Assembly (NCBI GenBank): GCA_015522845.1 | Contig: WALL01000021.1 | Location: forward strand, 1-46,666 | Reading direction: 5' to 3' | Length of the DNA stretch: 46,666 bases | DNA from: Nanobdellati archaeon | GTDB lineage: Archaea; B1Sed10-29; WALL01 | Shown here: piece after piece, positions 25,320 to 34,804 of the stretch | How positions within the stretch are numbered: position 1 is the stretch's first letter | Layout of the letters: each line of letters starts with the position of its first letter | The notes under the pieces: generated by a model | What the model was told of the DNA's origin: nothing | The model's input: the letters and a program-made list of their open reading frames with translations, nothing else | Databases searched by the model: none | Program-made: the position numbers and the translations under genes

Positions 25320-25994
25320 GTGAAAACAATGCTTTCCCCTAAACAGCTATTTTTCATACTAGCGTTCAGCCTGCTTGTCCTTGTTGGCTCGCAGCTGAAC
25401 TTCTCGCCGATTATCGGTGCCGACAACCAGTTCTTCACGATGTTCCAGTTCTTTGGCCCAACTGCGGGCGCTTTCCTTGGCCCGATTGTTGGTGCAGCAA
25501 CCGTGCTGCTTGCTGAGCTAATTAATTTCGTGTTTGCTGGAAAGGCATTCACGCTTATAAACTTGGCTTGGCTGGCGCCGATGCTGTTTGCAGCAGCCTA
25601 TTTCAATGGCAAGGGCAAGCGGCTAGTTGCAGCAGTGCCGCTGCTTGCGATGGTACTCTTTTGGATGCATCCCATTGGCAGACAGGCATGGTTCTACGCG
25701 CTTTACTGGCTGATTCCAATTTTGGCAACGCTTAAGCCGAATCTGATAAGCCGCTCCCTTGGCGCGACATTTACCGCACATGCCATTGGAAGTGTTGCAT
25801 TCCTCTATGCAGTGCCAACTACCCCTGCCCTTTGGATCGGGCTTATCCCGATAGTTGCATTTGAGCGTGGCCTGTTCTCGCTAGGGATTGCTGCCAGCTA
25901 TGTCGTGCTAAATACCGTGATGGCAAAGCTACACCTGCCAGTCTTTGATGTTGACCCGCGCTATGTCATCTCGAAGCGGCTTTTGCTGGGATGA
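25320..25994 (+). CDS. Membrane protein, ECF S-component-like
   Basis: About 6 TM helices, with QFFTMFQFFGP.AGAFLG and TFTAHAIGS motifs. Confidence 0.6.
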   Translation: MKTMLSPKQLFFILAFSLLVLVGSQLNFSPIIGADNQFFTMFQFFGPTAGAFLGPIVGAATVLLAELINFVFAGKAFTLINLAWLAPMLFAAAYFNGKGKRLVAAVPLLAMVLFWMHPIGRQAWFYALYWLIPILATLKPNLISRSLGATFTAHAIGSVAFLYAVPTTPALWIGLIPIVAFERGLFSLGIAASYVVLNTVMAKLHLPVFDVDPRYVISKRLLLG

Positions 25995-25998
25995 TTAA

Positions 25999-27054
25999 AT
26001 GGCCCCCTCAAAGAAGAAGGCAGCGGCTAAAAAGCCATTGGGGCAGAAAGCAAAAAAGCCAACTAAAGGTGGCACTGCTGGGCCACGGCGTATTGCCTAC
26101 CATGAGCGCCTCGGCCTCTCTAAAGACCAAGCTTATTTTCTTGGCATTACTGCAGCCTTAGTTTTTGCGGTTGCAGTTTATTTTGCCTTCAGCTCTGCCC
26201 ATCAAATCCCTGCTGCGCCCCCTGCCATTGAAGCGCCGCAGCAAGAGGTAGGGACAGTCCTTACGGTGGTGGATGACCCAAGCTGCACCTTCTGCAATAA
26301 GTTCATCAAGCCAGTTGAAAGCCAAATCATGGAGGCAGCCTTTAGCGGGCTGTCGATAAGGCAGGTATCGGCAAGCTCAAAGGAAGGCAAGTTGCTGATA
26401 TCTAGCTTGGGCATTAAAGCTCTTCCGGCATACGTCTTCAACAGCCATGTAGCTGCAGAGGAAAACTATTCGGTTTTCAAGCCATTCCTCCACAAGGCAA
26501 ATGGCAGCTACTTGCTTGATGAGAAAACTATAAGAGGCGTGGCGGTCCGCTACTTCTCCCCTCCCCCCACGGGGGGCGAGCCATCCCTTGGGGCACCAGA
26601 TGCAGCAGTTACAATTATAGTTTTTTCGGACCCTGCCTGCAAGGCATGCAAAGTGTTTGGCTTAAAGACGCTCCCATTTTTAGAGAGTGCTTATAACAGC
26701 ACAGTTCGTGTGGTATTTAAGGCGCTTCCGCTTTCACCGAGCACCCTTAACGCATCGATTGCAATGGAATGCGCTGCAGGGCAAGGGAAGTTTTGGGAGT
26801 ATGCGCATGCTGGCTATGAGAGTGGCATTGGCAATCTAACTCGCCTGGCTGATGAAGCAGGGCTTAATACAACGGAGTTTAATGCTTGCCTCTCCTCACA
26901 AAAGTATAAGGATAAGGTAATGCACAACCGCGTAGAGGCATTTAACTATGGCGTTAGCGGTGTGCCAACTTTATTCATCAATGGGATTAAGATAGTTGGC
27001 GTTCCAACTGATGCAGCCATAAGGCAAATTATTGGTTCGGAGCTGGCGCGATGA
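25999..27054 (+). CDS. Membrane-anchored DsbA/thioredoxin-fold oxidoreductase (two CxxC domains)
   Basis: Basic N-terminus plus TM helix, CTFC and FSDPACKAC motifs, QGKFWEY and GVSGVPTLFING. Confidence 0.88.
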   Translation: MAPSKKKAAAKKPLGQKAKKPTKGGTAGPRRIAYHERLGLSKDQAYFLGITAALVFAVAVYFAFSSAHQIPAAPPAIEAPQQEVGTVLTVVDDPSCTFCNKFIKPVESQIMEAAFSGLSIRQVSASSKEGKLLISSLGIKALPAYVFNSHVAAEENYSVFKPFLHKANGSYLLDEKTIRGVAVRYFSPPPTGGEPSLGAPDAAVTIIVFSDPACKACKVFGLKTLPFLESAYNSTVRVVFKALPLSPSTLNASIAMECAAGQGKFWEYAHAGYESGIGNLTRLADEAGLNTTEFNACLSSQKYKDKVMHNRVEAFNYGVSGVPTLFINGIKIVGVPTDAAIRQIIGSELAR

Positions 27055-27416
27055 ACATTGCCATAATTGGTGCCTCCAAGGATAGGAGCAAATATGGGAA
27101 CAAGGCCGTGCGTGCCTATGCCATGATGGGGCATACTGTCTTCCCGGTCAACCCGCATGAAACAGAAATCGAAGGGCATGCCTGCTATAAGGCAGTCACT
27201 GCAATCCCCTACAAGATAGACCGGGTGTCGCTGTATGTTCCCCCGGAGGTAGGCATAAAGCTTGTGAGCCAAATAAAGAAGGTCAATCCAAAAGAGGTTT
27301 ACATAAACCCTGGTGCGGAGTCAGATGAGCTCATTGAGGCATTTAGGAAGGTGGGCATAAACCCCCTTTTGGTGTGTGCGATAAACGCCATCGGAGTAGA
27401 CCCTGGCAAGATATGA
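27051..27416 (+). CDS. CoA-binding protein (YccU-like)
   Basis: IAIIGAS.DRSKYGNK, FPVNP and NPGAES motifs. Confidence 0.9.
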   Translation: MNIAIIGASKDRSKYGNKAVRAYAMMGHTVFPVNPHETEIEGHACYKAVTAIPYKIDRVSLYVPPEVGIKLVSQIKKVNPKEVYINPGAESDELIEAFRKVGINPLLVCAINAIGVDPGKI

Positions 27417-27539
27417 CAGAAGGTTTAAATAGCTTTTTCTGCCATAATTATGCGGTGTGATTATCGGATAAGCTCGTGCTCTTTTTGCCGGAAAACCTGA
27501 GAGAACAAAGCTTAAAAACCGAAGCATCGTAGTCTACCT

Positions 27540-28469
27540 ATGCGCATTGTTATTGTCTTATTGGCACTTCTCCTGTTGGGTTGTGTCGGGACAGCGCCCC
27601 AGCCTACGCCTGCGGCGGCGCCTGCCCCCACTGTAGCCCCAAGTGTAATACCCACACCCGCCCCGTCATACGGCCCGGCAGTAGTTAATGAGACTGTCGA
27701 GCGCGGCGACTTTCTCGTAAAGATAATCTCTGTTGGGAAATACAGCTATGTTTCTCCTTTTGGGAAGAACCGGACCGACTACCGCGTTGACATGGGGATT
27801 ACAAACACCGCACGCCAGCCAGAGGAATACCGTTTTGCATACCTGCTCTTTAACGACGACAGGCACTTCCCACTGCGCTGGTACTCAACACTTGATGACC
27901 AGGGGCTTTTGCCGGCAGGCGGAGAAACTGAGGGCTACCTCCTTTTTGATGTTGGCAACTCCACGGGGCCGTTCAAACTAGTAGTCGCTACACTCCCGCT
28001 ATCTAGTTTCGACTACGTTGATGTAATTGGCAAAAACGAGCTTGGGAAGCCGGTGGCGGGAAACCGAATGTATGGAAACACTTGCGGCACGAGCACATTG
28101 GGCGAAAAATATCTTGGCTCGCTGCTTGGTGGGGAGCCATGCAAAAGCATATCCGCTGCCCGCGACCTATATGTATACCCATCTTGGCATGACGACCACG
28201 TCGTCATAGTGCGCCTCAAGCTCAAGAACTCGGCGGAGCATGGCGCTAATGTGCTGGTTGTTGATGAGATACCAAAAGGATTTGGTGTTACAGCGCACAA
28301 CATCAGCTACAGCAAGCAGCCAATATTCCTTGACAGCTACCACCCGGCATGGCTAATCCACCTATCGCGCAATGAGATATGGAAGACAGACATGAACTAC
28401 AGCATTTTCCTTGATGGCAACCAGGTTGGGAACATGCCTGCGCCCGTGGTGCTGGGCATCAGCCTGTAA
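27540..28469 (+). CDS. Putative lipoprotein with Pro/Thr linker and Ig-like domains
   Basis: LLLGC lipobox-like signal, PTPA linker, a beta-rich region with 'ETEGYLLFDV' (DUF4352-like) and 'VVDEIPKGF'. Confidence 0.7.
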   Translation: MRIVIVLLALLLLGCVGTAPQPTPAAAPAPTVAPSVIPTPAPSYGPAVVNETVERGDFLVKIISVGKYSYVSPFGKNRTDYRVDMGITNTARQPEEYRFAYLLFNDDRHFPLRWYSTLDDQGLLPAGGETEGYLLFDVGNSTGPFKLVVATLPLSSFDYVDVIGKNELGKPVAGNRMYGNTCGTSTLGEKYLGSLLGGEPCKSISAARDLYVYPSWHDDHVVIVRLKLKNSAEHGANVLVVDEIPKGFGVTAHNISYSKQPIFLDSYHPAWLIHLSRNEIWKTDMNYSIFLDGNQVGNMPAPVVLGISL

Positions 28470-28572
28470 ACCGCATATCCATCAAACCGGTGTATTTATA
28501 TATAAATTCGTACAAAATGGATATCCACCAATTTGGTGCTAATCTTAATACGATTAAAGGAAGTGATATAAA

Positions 28573-30237
28573 ATGACACAACAGTTAGCAGGACAATTGG
28601 CAGGACAGCCAATACTTGTATTGCCTGAGGGCGCCCAAAGGCTCTTGGGCAGGGATGCGCAGCGGTCGAACATCGCCGTTGCCAAGGCAATAGCGAATGC
28701 AATAAGAACCACACTTGGCCCGAAGGGAATGGACAAGATGCTCGTTGATGACCTAGGGGACATAGTCATAACAAACGATGGTGCAACAATCCTTGAAGAA
28801 ATGACTGTCGAGCATCCCGCCGGGAAAATGATGGTTGAGGTTGCAAAGACGCAGGATGAGGAAGTGGGGGATGGCACAACAACAGCTGTAGTCCTTGCAG
28901 GTGAGCTCCTTAAGAATGCAGAGGACCTGCTTGAGAAAAAGATACACCCCAGCGTGATAATCCGTGGATATGGCATGGCATCTGCTAAAGCCCTTGAATT
29001 CCTTAGGGAGAAGTCAGCAGACGTAAGCTTTGATGACGATAAGCTCCTTAAGCAAATGGCAATGGTTGCTATGACAGGGAAGGGTGCGCAGCGCGCAGGT
29101 GACCATTTTGCTGGCATTGCAGTGCAGGCCGTAAAGCAGGTTGCAGACCGCAGCAAAGGCTCTGTCTCAATAGACAGCGACTACATTAAAATTGAGAAAA
29201 AGCAGGGCGGCGACCTTATTGACACTGAGCTTATCAATGGGATTGTCATAGACAAGGAGCGCGTCCACTCAGGGATGCCTAAGAAAGTTGAGAATGCAAA
29301 GGTGGCCCTCCTTGATTCTGCACTTGAGGTTAAAAATACCGAGACGGATGCTGAAATCCGCATTACAGCACCAGACCAGCTCCAAGCGTTCCTAGCACAG
29401 GAGGAGAACATGCTCAAGGAGATGGTTGATGATATCCAAAAGAGCGGTGCAAATGTGCTTTTCTGCCAGAAAGGGATTGATGACATGGCACAGCATTTCT
29501 TATCAAAGGCAGGCATTCTTGCTGTGCGCCGTGTTAAGAAGAGCGACATGGAAAAGCTCTCCCGGGCAACAGGGGCCACAATTGTCACAAGGATACAGGA
29601 CCTTTCAGCAGGGGATCTGGGCGATGCTGGCCTTGTTGAGGAGCGCAAAATAGCTGGCGAGGACATGGTCTTTGTTGAGAAGTGCAGAGACCCCAAGGCC
29701 GTCACTATACTTGTCCGCGGCGGGACAGAGCACGTTGTTGATGAGGCAGAGCGTGCCCTTACTGATGCAATTGGGGTAATCTCTTCTGCACTTGAGGACA
29801 AGAAGGTTGTTGTCGGCGGCGGAAGCATCGAGATTGAGCTGGCGCTCGCGCTGAACAACTACGCAAAGACGGTAGGCGGCAGGGAGCAGCTTGCAATATC
29901 TTCATTTGCAAGCGCCCTTGAGATCATACCACGCACGCTTGCCGAGTCTGCAGGCATGGACTCCATTGACACGCTTGTTGAGCTCCGTGCAAAGCATGAG
30001 AAAGGCGACAAGTTTGCTGGTGTTGATGTGATGGGCGGCAAGGTCTCCGATATGGAAAAGATACATGTCTTTGAGCCAGCAAAAATCAAGAAGCAGGCAA
30101 TAACAAGCGCGAGCGAAGCAACCGAGATGATACTTCGCATAGATGATATAATTGCCTCTTCTGGAAAGGGATCCAATACGCCACCTGAAATGCCGCCTGG
30201 AGGCGGCATGGGTGGCGGAATGCCCGGCATGATGTGA
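28573..30237 (+). CDS. ths: Thermosome (group II chaperonin) subunit
   Basis: [28 protein letters not shown] and GGM-repeat C-terminus. Confidence 0.98.
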   Translation: MTQQLAGQLAGQPILVLPEGAQRLLGRDAQRSNIAVAKAIANAIRTTLGPKGMDKMLVDDLGDIVITNDGATILEEMTVEHPAGKMMVEVAKTQDEEVGDGTTTAVVLAGELLKNAEDLLEKKIHPSVIIRGYGMASAKALEFLREKSADVSFDDDKLLKQMAMVAMTGKGAQRAGDHFAGIAVQAVKQVADRSKGSVSIDSDYIKIEKKQGGDLIDTELINGIVIDKERVHSGMPKKVENAKVALLDSALEVKNTETDAEIRITAPDQLQAFLAQEENMLKEMVDDIQKSGANVLFCQKGIDDMAQHFLSKAGILAVRRVKKSDMEKLSRATGATIVTRIQDLSAGDLGDAGLVEERKIAGEDMVFVEKCRDPKAVTILVRGGTEHVVDEAERALTDAIGVISSALEDKKVVVGGGSIEIELALALNNYAKTVGGREQLAISSFASALEIIPRTLAESAGMDSIDTLVELRAKHEKGDKFAGVDVMGGKVSDMEKIHVFEPAKIKKQAITSASEATEMILRIDDIIASSGKGSNTPPEMPPGGGMGGGMPGMM

Positions 30238-30250
30238 GCCAATAAGAACC

Positions 30251-30285
30251 CCGCGGGCATCATGCCCGCGGCTTGCTATTTTTTT
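30251..30285 (+). terminator. GC hairpin plus T-tract after thermosome
   Basis: CCGCGGGCAT-C-ATGCCCGCGG followed by TTTTTTT. Confidence 0.55.
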
Positions 30286-30364
30286 ATGCAAACGTGCCCG
30301 TAATTGGCATCGGCAGCACCCAAAACCCTTGCTTTTTATATATTCGTTGGTATAATTTTTACAT

Positions 30365-33300
30365 ATGCCCCTGGAAAGATTGCACGAGTTCAGCAGGCGC
30401 TTTCACGAGTTCGAGCCAGTCAGCAGGCTGGAAACAAAAAGGAAAGATCTTGTTGTCTCATCAATGGAAAGGTATGCCAAAGCGTTCGAAAGCAGGCAGA
30501 ACTTACTCAAGGCAGGCAAAAGGCTCGAAGCTGAAAAGGCGCTTGGGGTGATGATGGAGCATGCCGACAAAATAAAAAGCACTTTCGAGAAAAACGAACT
30601 GCACTCAATTCTCCACGATGCAGTGGACAAGGGAATCATCCACTACAGCGACCTGAAGTCATTCACGGGGCTTGTTGACAAGCAGGCGCTGGAAAGCGTT
30701 TCACAGCGGCTGAAGCAAGGCATTCAGATAAGGCAGGCAACAACGGGGGATCTTGCGGGCATAATGCAGGTGGAAAAAAGGTTCCCGGGGGACCTGCAAA
30801 CAGAAGAAAGCACATACAAGGAGATTATCGGGCTGCACCCGGAAGGCAACCTTGTTGCGGAAAAGGGCGGCAAAATACTTGCTTACCTATCCTCAATCCG
30901 GCTAAAGGACAGGGAACTTTCATGGGGCCCCGATGTGGAGCCAAGCGACCACGACCCAAAAGGGAAGCACACGTTCATATGGTCACTTGCCGTACTGCCG
31001 AGCCATGAGGGCCTTGGCATTGAGTCCGAGCTGATGAAAAAGCTCGTTAAGGGGGAACACGGCAGGGAGATTATCTCCATCACTCCCGATGCCAAGAGGT
31101 TTTATGAAACGATGGGGTTCAAGCAGGAAGACGTTGTGGGAGACTATTACAATGAGGGGGAAGATGCCCCCCTCATGGTGAAAATCCCTGAGAAAGCAAG
31201 TGTGGAAAGCAAAGAAACTGCCCCTGTGGAAATCCCCGAGAAAGTTCCCACGGAAAGCAAGAAGGCCTCCGTGGAAGGTAAAGAGAGCAGGAAAGCAGTG
31301 CCTTCCGCACCAGGCCCTCCAACTCCAATTAAGCCGAAGGGGGAGGAACACCCAATCACCGAAACAGTGAGGGCAATTTCAAAAGTGCTGGAGACGCACA
31401 CCGCCAGGGACTTAAGCCGCATTGAAGAAGCAGTTAGCTCTGGAAAAGCGGAGGAGGTTGAGAAGGAGCTGCAAAGGCTCCATGGCTATGCCCTCCCGCT
31501 TGCCATTAAGGAGGCGATGGTCGAGTCCAAAAGCCCGGAAGAGCTTGAGAGGAAGCTCATGGAAAAGCTGCAGCCGAAATCAAAATTAACGGAGCTGCTG
31601 GCGGATTATCCCGACCTTCTCAGGGAGGGGGTGGATCACAAAAAAATTGTGGGGATGGCAAGGGAAAAGCTGACGGGGGAGGAAACAACAGGCGGCGGCC
31701 TGAGCCACACGGAAACGGCTATCCTTGCGTCACTTACCCATGACACTGTTTTGGCGTTGCACGAAAAGAAGCCGTTCGGCGACAGGGAAACAAACAAAAA
31801 AATTATGGAGCGGGTAAAGGAGATTGAGGAAAAGCAGGGCTTAATCCCCAATGCGGAGCAGCTGCTAAAGCCATTTGCGAAATACCGGCTGGAGGCATTG
31901 GAGGCTATAGCAGAGGCTGAGCCGGAGAAGGATGCCGGGGAGTTTTATAACAAGGATGTGCCTGCCATGATGGGGGCACTCACAGCCATTCCGGATGGGG
32001 AGAGGATGGAAGCATTGAAGGTTATGGCAGAGGCTGCGCCGAAGGGGTATGCCTGGGCGTCTTGGATATTTTATAAAGAGAATGTGCCAACCGTAATGAA
32101 AGCACTCACGGCCATTCCGGAGGGGGAGAGGATGGAGGCTTTGAAAGTTATAACAGGGGCTGCGCCGAAGGGGTATGCCTGGGCGTTTTATGAGAAGATT
32201 GTGCCTGCGGTGGTTGGGGCATTCAAAGACATCGGGCAAATCAAGGAGGCTTTGAAGGTTATAACGGAGGCTGAGCCGGAGGAGGATGCCAAAGAGTTTT
32301 ATGGGGATAGTGTGCCTGTGGTGGTTGGGGCATTCAAAGACATCGGGCAAATCAAGGAGGCGCTGAAGGTTATAACGGAGGCTGAGCCGGAGAGGCATGC
32401 CTGGAGGTTTTATGGGGGGAGTGTGCCAACCGTAATGAAAGCACTCACGGCCATTCCGGAAGGGGAGAGGATGGAGGCTTTGAAGGTTATAACGGAGGCT
32501 GAGCCGAAGGAAGATGCCTGGGCGTTTTATGTTAAAACTGTGCCAACTGTAATGAAAGCACTCACGGCCATTCCGGAAGGGGAGAAGGGTGGCATACTAA
32601 AAGTTGTGCTGAAAGAGATTTCGCACCATGGCTCTGCAGTGATACAGGAGGGGGAATATTGGGGGGATATCCTCAAAACGCTCCCCTTGCTTTCGGAGGG
32701 GTATGGCAAAGAGGTGGAATTGCAAAGGAAAAGCCTTGAGGAGTCGCTGAAAAAGGCTCCTGAAGCGGCAAAGCCAAGGATAGCCGCCAAAATAAAAGGG
32801 CTAACCGCGGCCAGGTTTGCCTTGAACGACATAGTGCGGCTTATCCATCAGAGCGGCGGGAGCGCGAAATACGCCGCCACGGCCCTGGAATACATCGATG
32901 CCAGCACACTGAAAAAGGGGAAAATTTCCGAAGTTGACAGCAGGCTCATGCGCGCGCTGGAAAAGCGCGTTGGGCTAAGCCTGTTTGGGGGGAAAATTAC
33001 GGACTTTGGCTGGAGCCGGCCGAAGATCGTTGACTTTGAGAGGAATGTGGATGATTTCGTGGAGCATAAGGCCATACTCCAGCACATCAACAATTACAGG
33101 GAGTGGTTTGAGGCGCAGCACAAGGGGGAATACCAGAGCCTGCGGAAAGCAGGTTACAACACGGATGTCCTGCTGGGGGACTGGAGCGACTCAAAAAAGG
33201 TAGAGGCCAGAGCCGAGGTGCCGAAGCTGCCAAAGGATGAGGAGGATGAGCTTGTCAGGCGGTCGGCGGAGATTATGCGCGAGGCCGTGGAAACAAAGGG

Positions 33301-34288
33301 GGAGCTGGCTGAGCTGGCTGGGAACGTGCTGGCCAAGGCAAAGGAGATAAGCATACCTAACAAGAGAAAGCAGGAGCTGGTTTCCATATTGGAGAGGGCG
33401 CTTGAGCATCCCTCCCAGGAAAGCATTGAGGGCGCGCTAAGGAAGATTGAAAAGCCGCCACTGATGAGCCTCGTGCTTAGGCCAATGCTGAAAAAAGGGC
33501 TCTTGGAGCCATACGCCCTGCTGACTAGCCAGCTAACCGCCCGGAGGATGGGGCACTACCTCTCGCACTTTAAGGTTGAAGGGCTTGCATCCGCAAAGCA
33601 GGCAATGAATGCGATATCGGAATTTTTCAGGGACGAGGATGCCTATGGGTTCAAAAGCGCCATTGACGCAAAGTCGCACAGCAGGATAATAGCAAAAAGC
33701 CGCGAGCTGGCAAATAAAATCCCGGAAACAACCGAGAGGGGGGCGACAATAACCGCAGTGCAATGGGACAGGGACCCCAAGTCGGACACTTTCAACGGCA
33801 GGTTCTCCGGTGACTGCACCTCGCCACCGGGGGAAGGGGACTATGGCGGGAACAAGTTCTGGGCGAACTTCACTTATTTGCAGGATGCCGGGACGGCCAT
33901 CCTGAACCTCTATGCAAACAAGAAGCCCATCGGCAGGGCATACATAATGCTTTCGGACAAGGGCCCCGTCCTGGACAGTGTGGAGGTAAGCACGGATTAC
34001 TTCACGCGATATGGCTCAACAAAGGCGCATAAGAAAGTGTTTTTCGGCCTTGTTGACAGCTATTGCAAAGAGCTGTATGGGAAAGGGGCGATGCTTTCAG
34101 AGAGGGTTTCAAACAGGAATGAGCTGAAAGGTTACGCGAAAAAGGAATACGCTTTGAAAAATATGGTGCTCAAGAAACTGGGGGTGAGGAAAAACATTTA
34201 CACCGATACGTGGGATACTGATGATGAGGATGATATCAGCAGTAACAAGACAGAGGTTAGGGTGAGGAAGCCCCCCAAGTCAAGGTAG
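30365..34288 (+). CDS. 1307-aa multidomain protein: RimI-like GNAT, low-complexity linker, six helical repeats, C-terminal Cys-containing enzyme-like domain
   Basis: IRQAT..DL..IM.VE...IWSLAVLPSHEGLGI.S.LM...A.RFYE.MGF...DYY..EDAPLM (GNAT). Repeats span 31886-32584. C-terminus contains GDCT...YLQD...IGRAYI..PVLDSVE. Confidence 0.8.
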   Translation: MPLERLHEFSRRFHEFEPVSRLETKRKDLVVSSMERYAKAFESRQNLLKAGKRLEAEKALGVMMEHADKIKSTFEKNELHSILHDAVDKGIIHYSDLKSFTGLVDKQALESVSQRLKQGIQIRQATTGDLAGIMQVEKRFPGDLQTEESTYKEIIGLHPEGNLVAEKGGKILAYLSSIRLKDRELSWGPDVEPSDHDPKGKHTFIWSLAVLPSHEGLGIESELMKKLVKGEHGREIISITPDAKRFYETMGFKQEDVVGDYYNEGEDAPLMVKIPEKASVESKETAPVEIPEKVPTESKKASVEGKESRKAVPSAPGPPTPIKPKGEEHPITETVRAISKVLETHTARDLSRIEEAVSSGKAEEVEKELQRLHGYALPLAIKEAMVESKSPEELERKLMEKLQPKSKLTELLADYPDLLREGVDHKKIVGMAREKLTGEETTGGGLSHTETAILASLTHDTVLALHEKKPFGDRETNKKIMERVKEIEEKQGLIPNAEQLLKPFAKYRLEALEAIAEAEPEKDAGEFYNKDVPAMMGALTAIPDGERMEALKVMAEAAPKGYAWASWIFYKENVPTVMKALTAIPEGERMEALKVITGAAPKGYAWAFYEKIVPAVVGAFKDIGQIKEALKVITEAEPEEDAKEFYGDSVPVVVGAFKDIGQIKEALKVITEAEPERHAWRFYGGSVPTVMKALTAIPEGERMEALKVITEAEPKEDAWAFYVKTVPTVMKALTAIPEGEKGGILKVVLKEISHHGSAVIQEGEYWGDILKTLPLLSEGYGKEVELQRKSLEESLKKAPEAAKPRIAAKIKGLTAARFALNDIVRLIHQSGGSAKYAATALEYIDASTLKKGKISEVDSRLMRALEKRVGLSLFGGKITDFGWSRPKIVDFERNVDDFVEHKAILQHINNYREWFEAQHKGEYQSLRKAGYNTDVLLGDWSDSKKVEARAEVPKLPKDEEDELVRRSAEIMREAVETKGELAELAGNVLAKAKEISIPNKRKQELVSILERALEHPSQESIEGALRKIEKPPLMSLVLRPMLKKGLLEPYALLTSQLTARRMGHYLSHFKVEGLASAKQAMNAISEFFRDEDAYGFKSAIDAKSHSRIIAKSRELANKIPETTERGATITAVQWDRDPKSDTFNGRFSGDCTSPPGEGDYGGNKFWANFTYLQDAGTAILNLYANKKPIGRAYIMLSDKGPVLDSVEVSTDYFTRYGSTKAHKKVFFGLVDSYCKELYGKGAMLSERVSNRNELKGYAKKEYALKNMVLKKLGVRKNIYTDTWDTDDEDDISSNKTEVRVRKPPKSR
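31886..32584 (+). repeat. Six intragenic tandem repeats of 37-42 codons
   Basis: Consensus EALKVIxEAxP-xxxAxx-FY-xxx-VP, followed by either ALTAIPEGERM or AFKDIGQIK. Confidence 0.92.
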
Positions 34289-34339
34289 ACGATGGCGCCA
34301 CAAGGGTGCCCGGCGGCATCACGCAAACCACCTATGCTT

Positions 34340-34576
34340 TTTTCCATCAATGCTTTTACTGATTTTTGGCTTCGTGCCGAAGGCACTGATTTCCCCAGGC
34401 TTTGCCTACAGGGGAAAGGCTGCTGTAATGCTTAGCCAAAGCCAAAAATCCTTAACAGAAAAGGATTGTTTTCCATCAATGCTTTCCCACGCACCCTTTT
34501 CTGTTAAGCATTAGCGAAAAAAGCGTGCACGGAAAACGGCGGGCAAGCGAGCGTGGCTCTAACAGAAAAAGGATTG
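34340..34576. repeat. Composite palindromic intergenic element with direct and inverted repeats
   Basis: TTTTCCATCAATGCTTT at 34340 and 34469. TAACAGAAAA(A)GGATTG at 34453 and 34560, with an inverted copy at 34495-34508. A 12-bp IR (34361-72 / 34439-50) encloses three hairpins. Confidence 0.85.
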
Positions 34577-34578
34577 CT

Positions 34579-34746
34579 TTAGATTTGATACAGCTGCCCC
34601 TTGAACCACTGGTAGATGAAGGCAAATGCAATTAGGTTTGCAAACAAGAAGACAACTAAATTACTTCTGAAGGCGCCATATAGTATCTTGAATACAGTAA
34701 AATAATATACGATTGCTATAATTAAAATCATTATAACCCGTTTCAT
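34579..34746 (-). CDS. Small two-TM membrane protein, 55 aa
   Basis: MKRVIMILIIAIVYYFTVFKILYGAFRSNLVVFLFANLIAFAFIYQWFKGQLYQI. TTTATATA lies upstream on the minus strand. Confidence 0.6.
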   Translation of the reverse strand: MKRVIMILIIAIVYYFTVFKILYGAFRSNLVVFLFANLIAFAFIYQWFKGQLYQI

Positions 34747-34804
34747 CAGCTATCTGACAGCACGCATATATAAATTTATATTGGGGAATGCCCTTATCAA
34801 CCCA

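Noticed and set aside
27450-27500. Tiny Cys-containing ORF (MRCDYRISSCSFCRKT) after a TATA box
   Set aside because: The Cys residues are dispersed, the downstream gene is unrelated to sulfur metabolism, and there is no supporting structure.
28496-30291. Long antisense ORFs over thermosome (and similarly over cysK, cysS and the antiporters)
   Set aside because: They are shadow ORFs of strongly conserved genes on the opposite strand.
31886-32584. Complete diversity-generating retroelement
   Set aside because: No reverse transcriptase or non-coding template repeat in the window. Kept only as a hypothesis.
34361-34450. Hammerhead ribozyme (UUC - stem - CUGAU.. - stem - GAAA)
   Set aside because: The core reads CUGAUUU rather than CUGANGA, and stem III does not close directly after GAAA.
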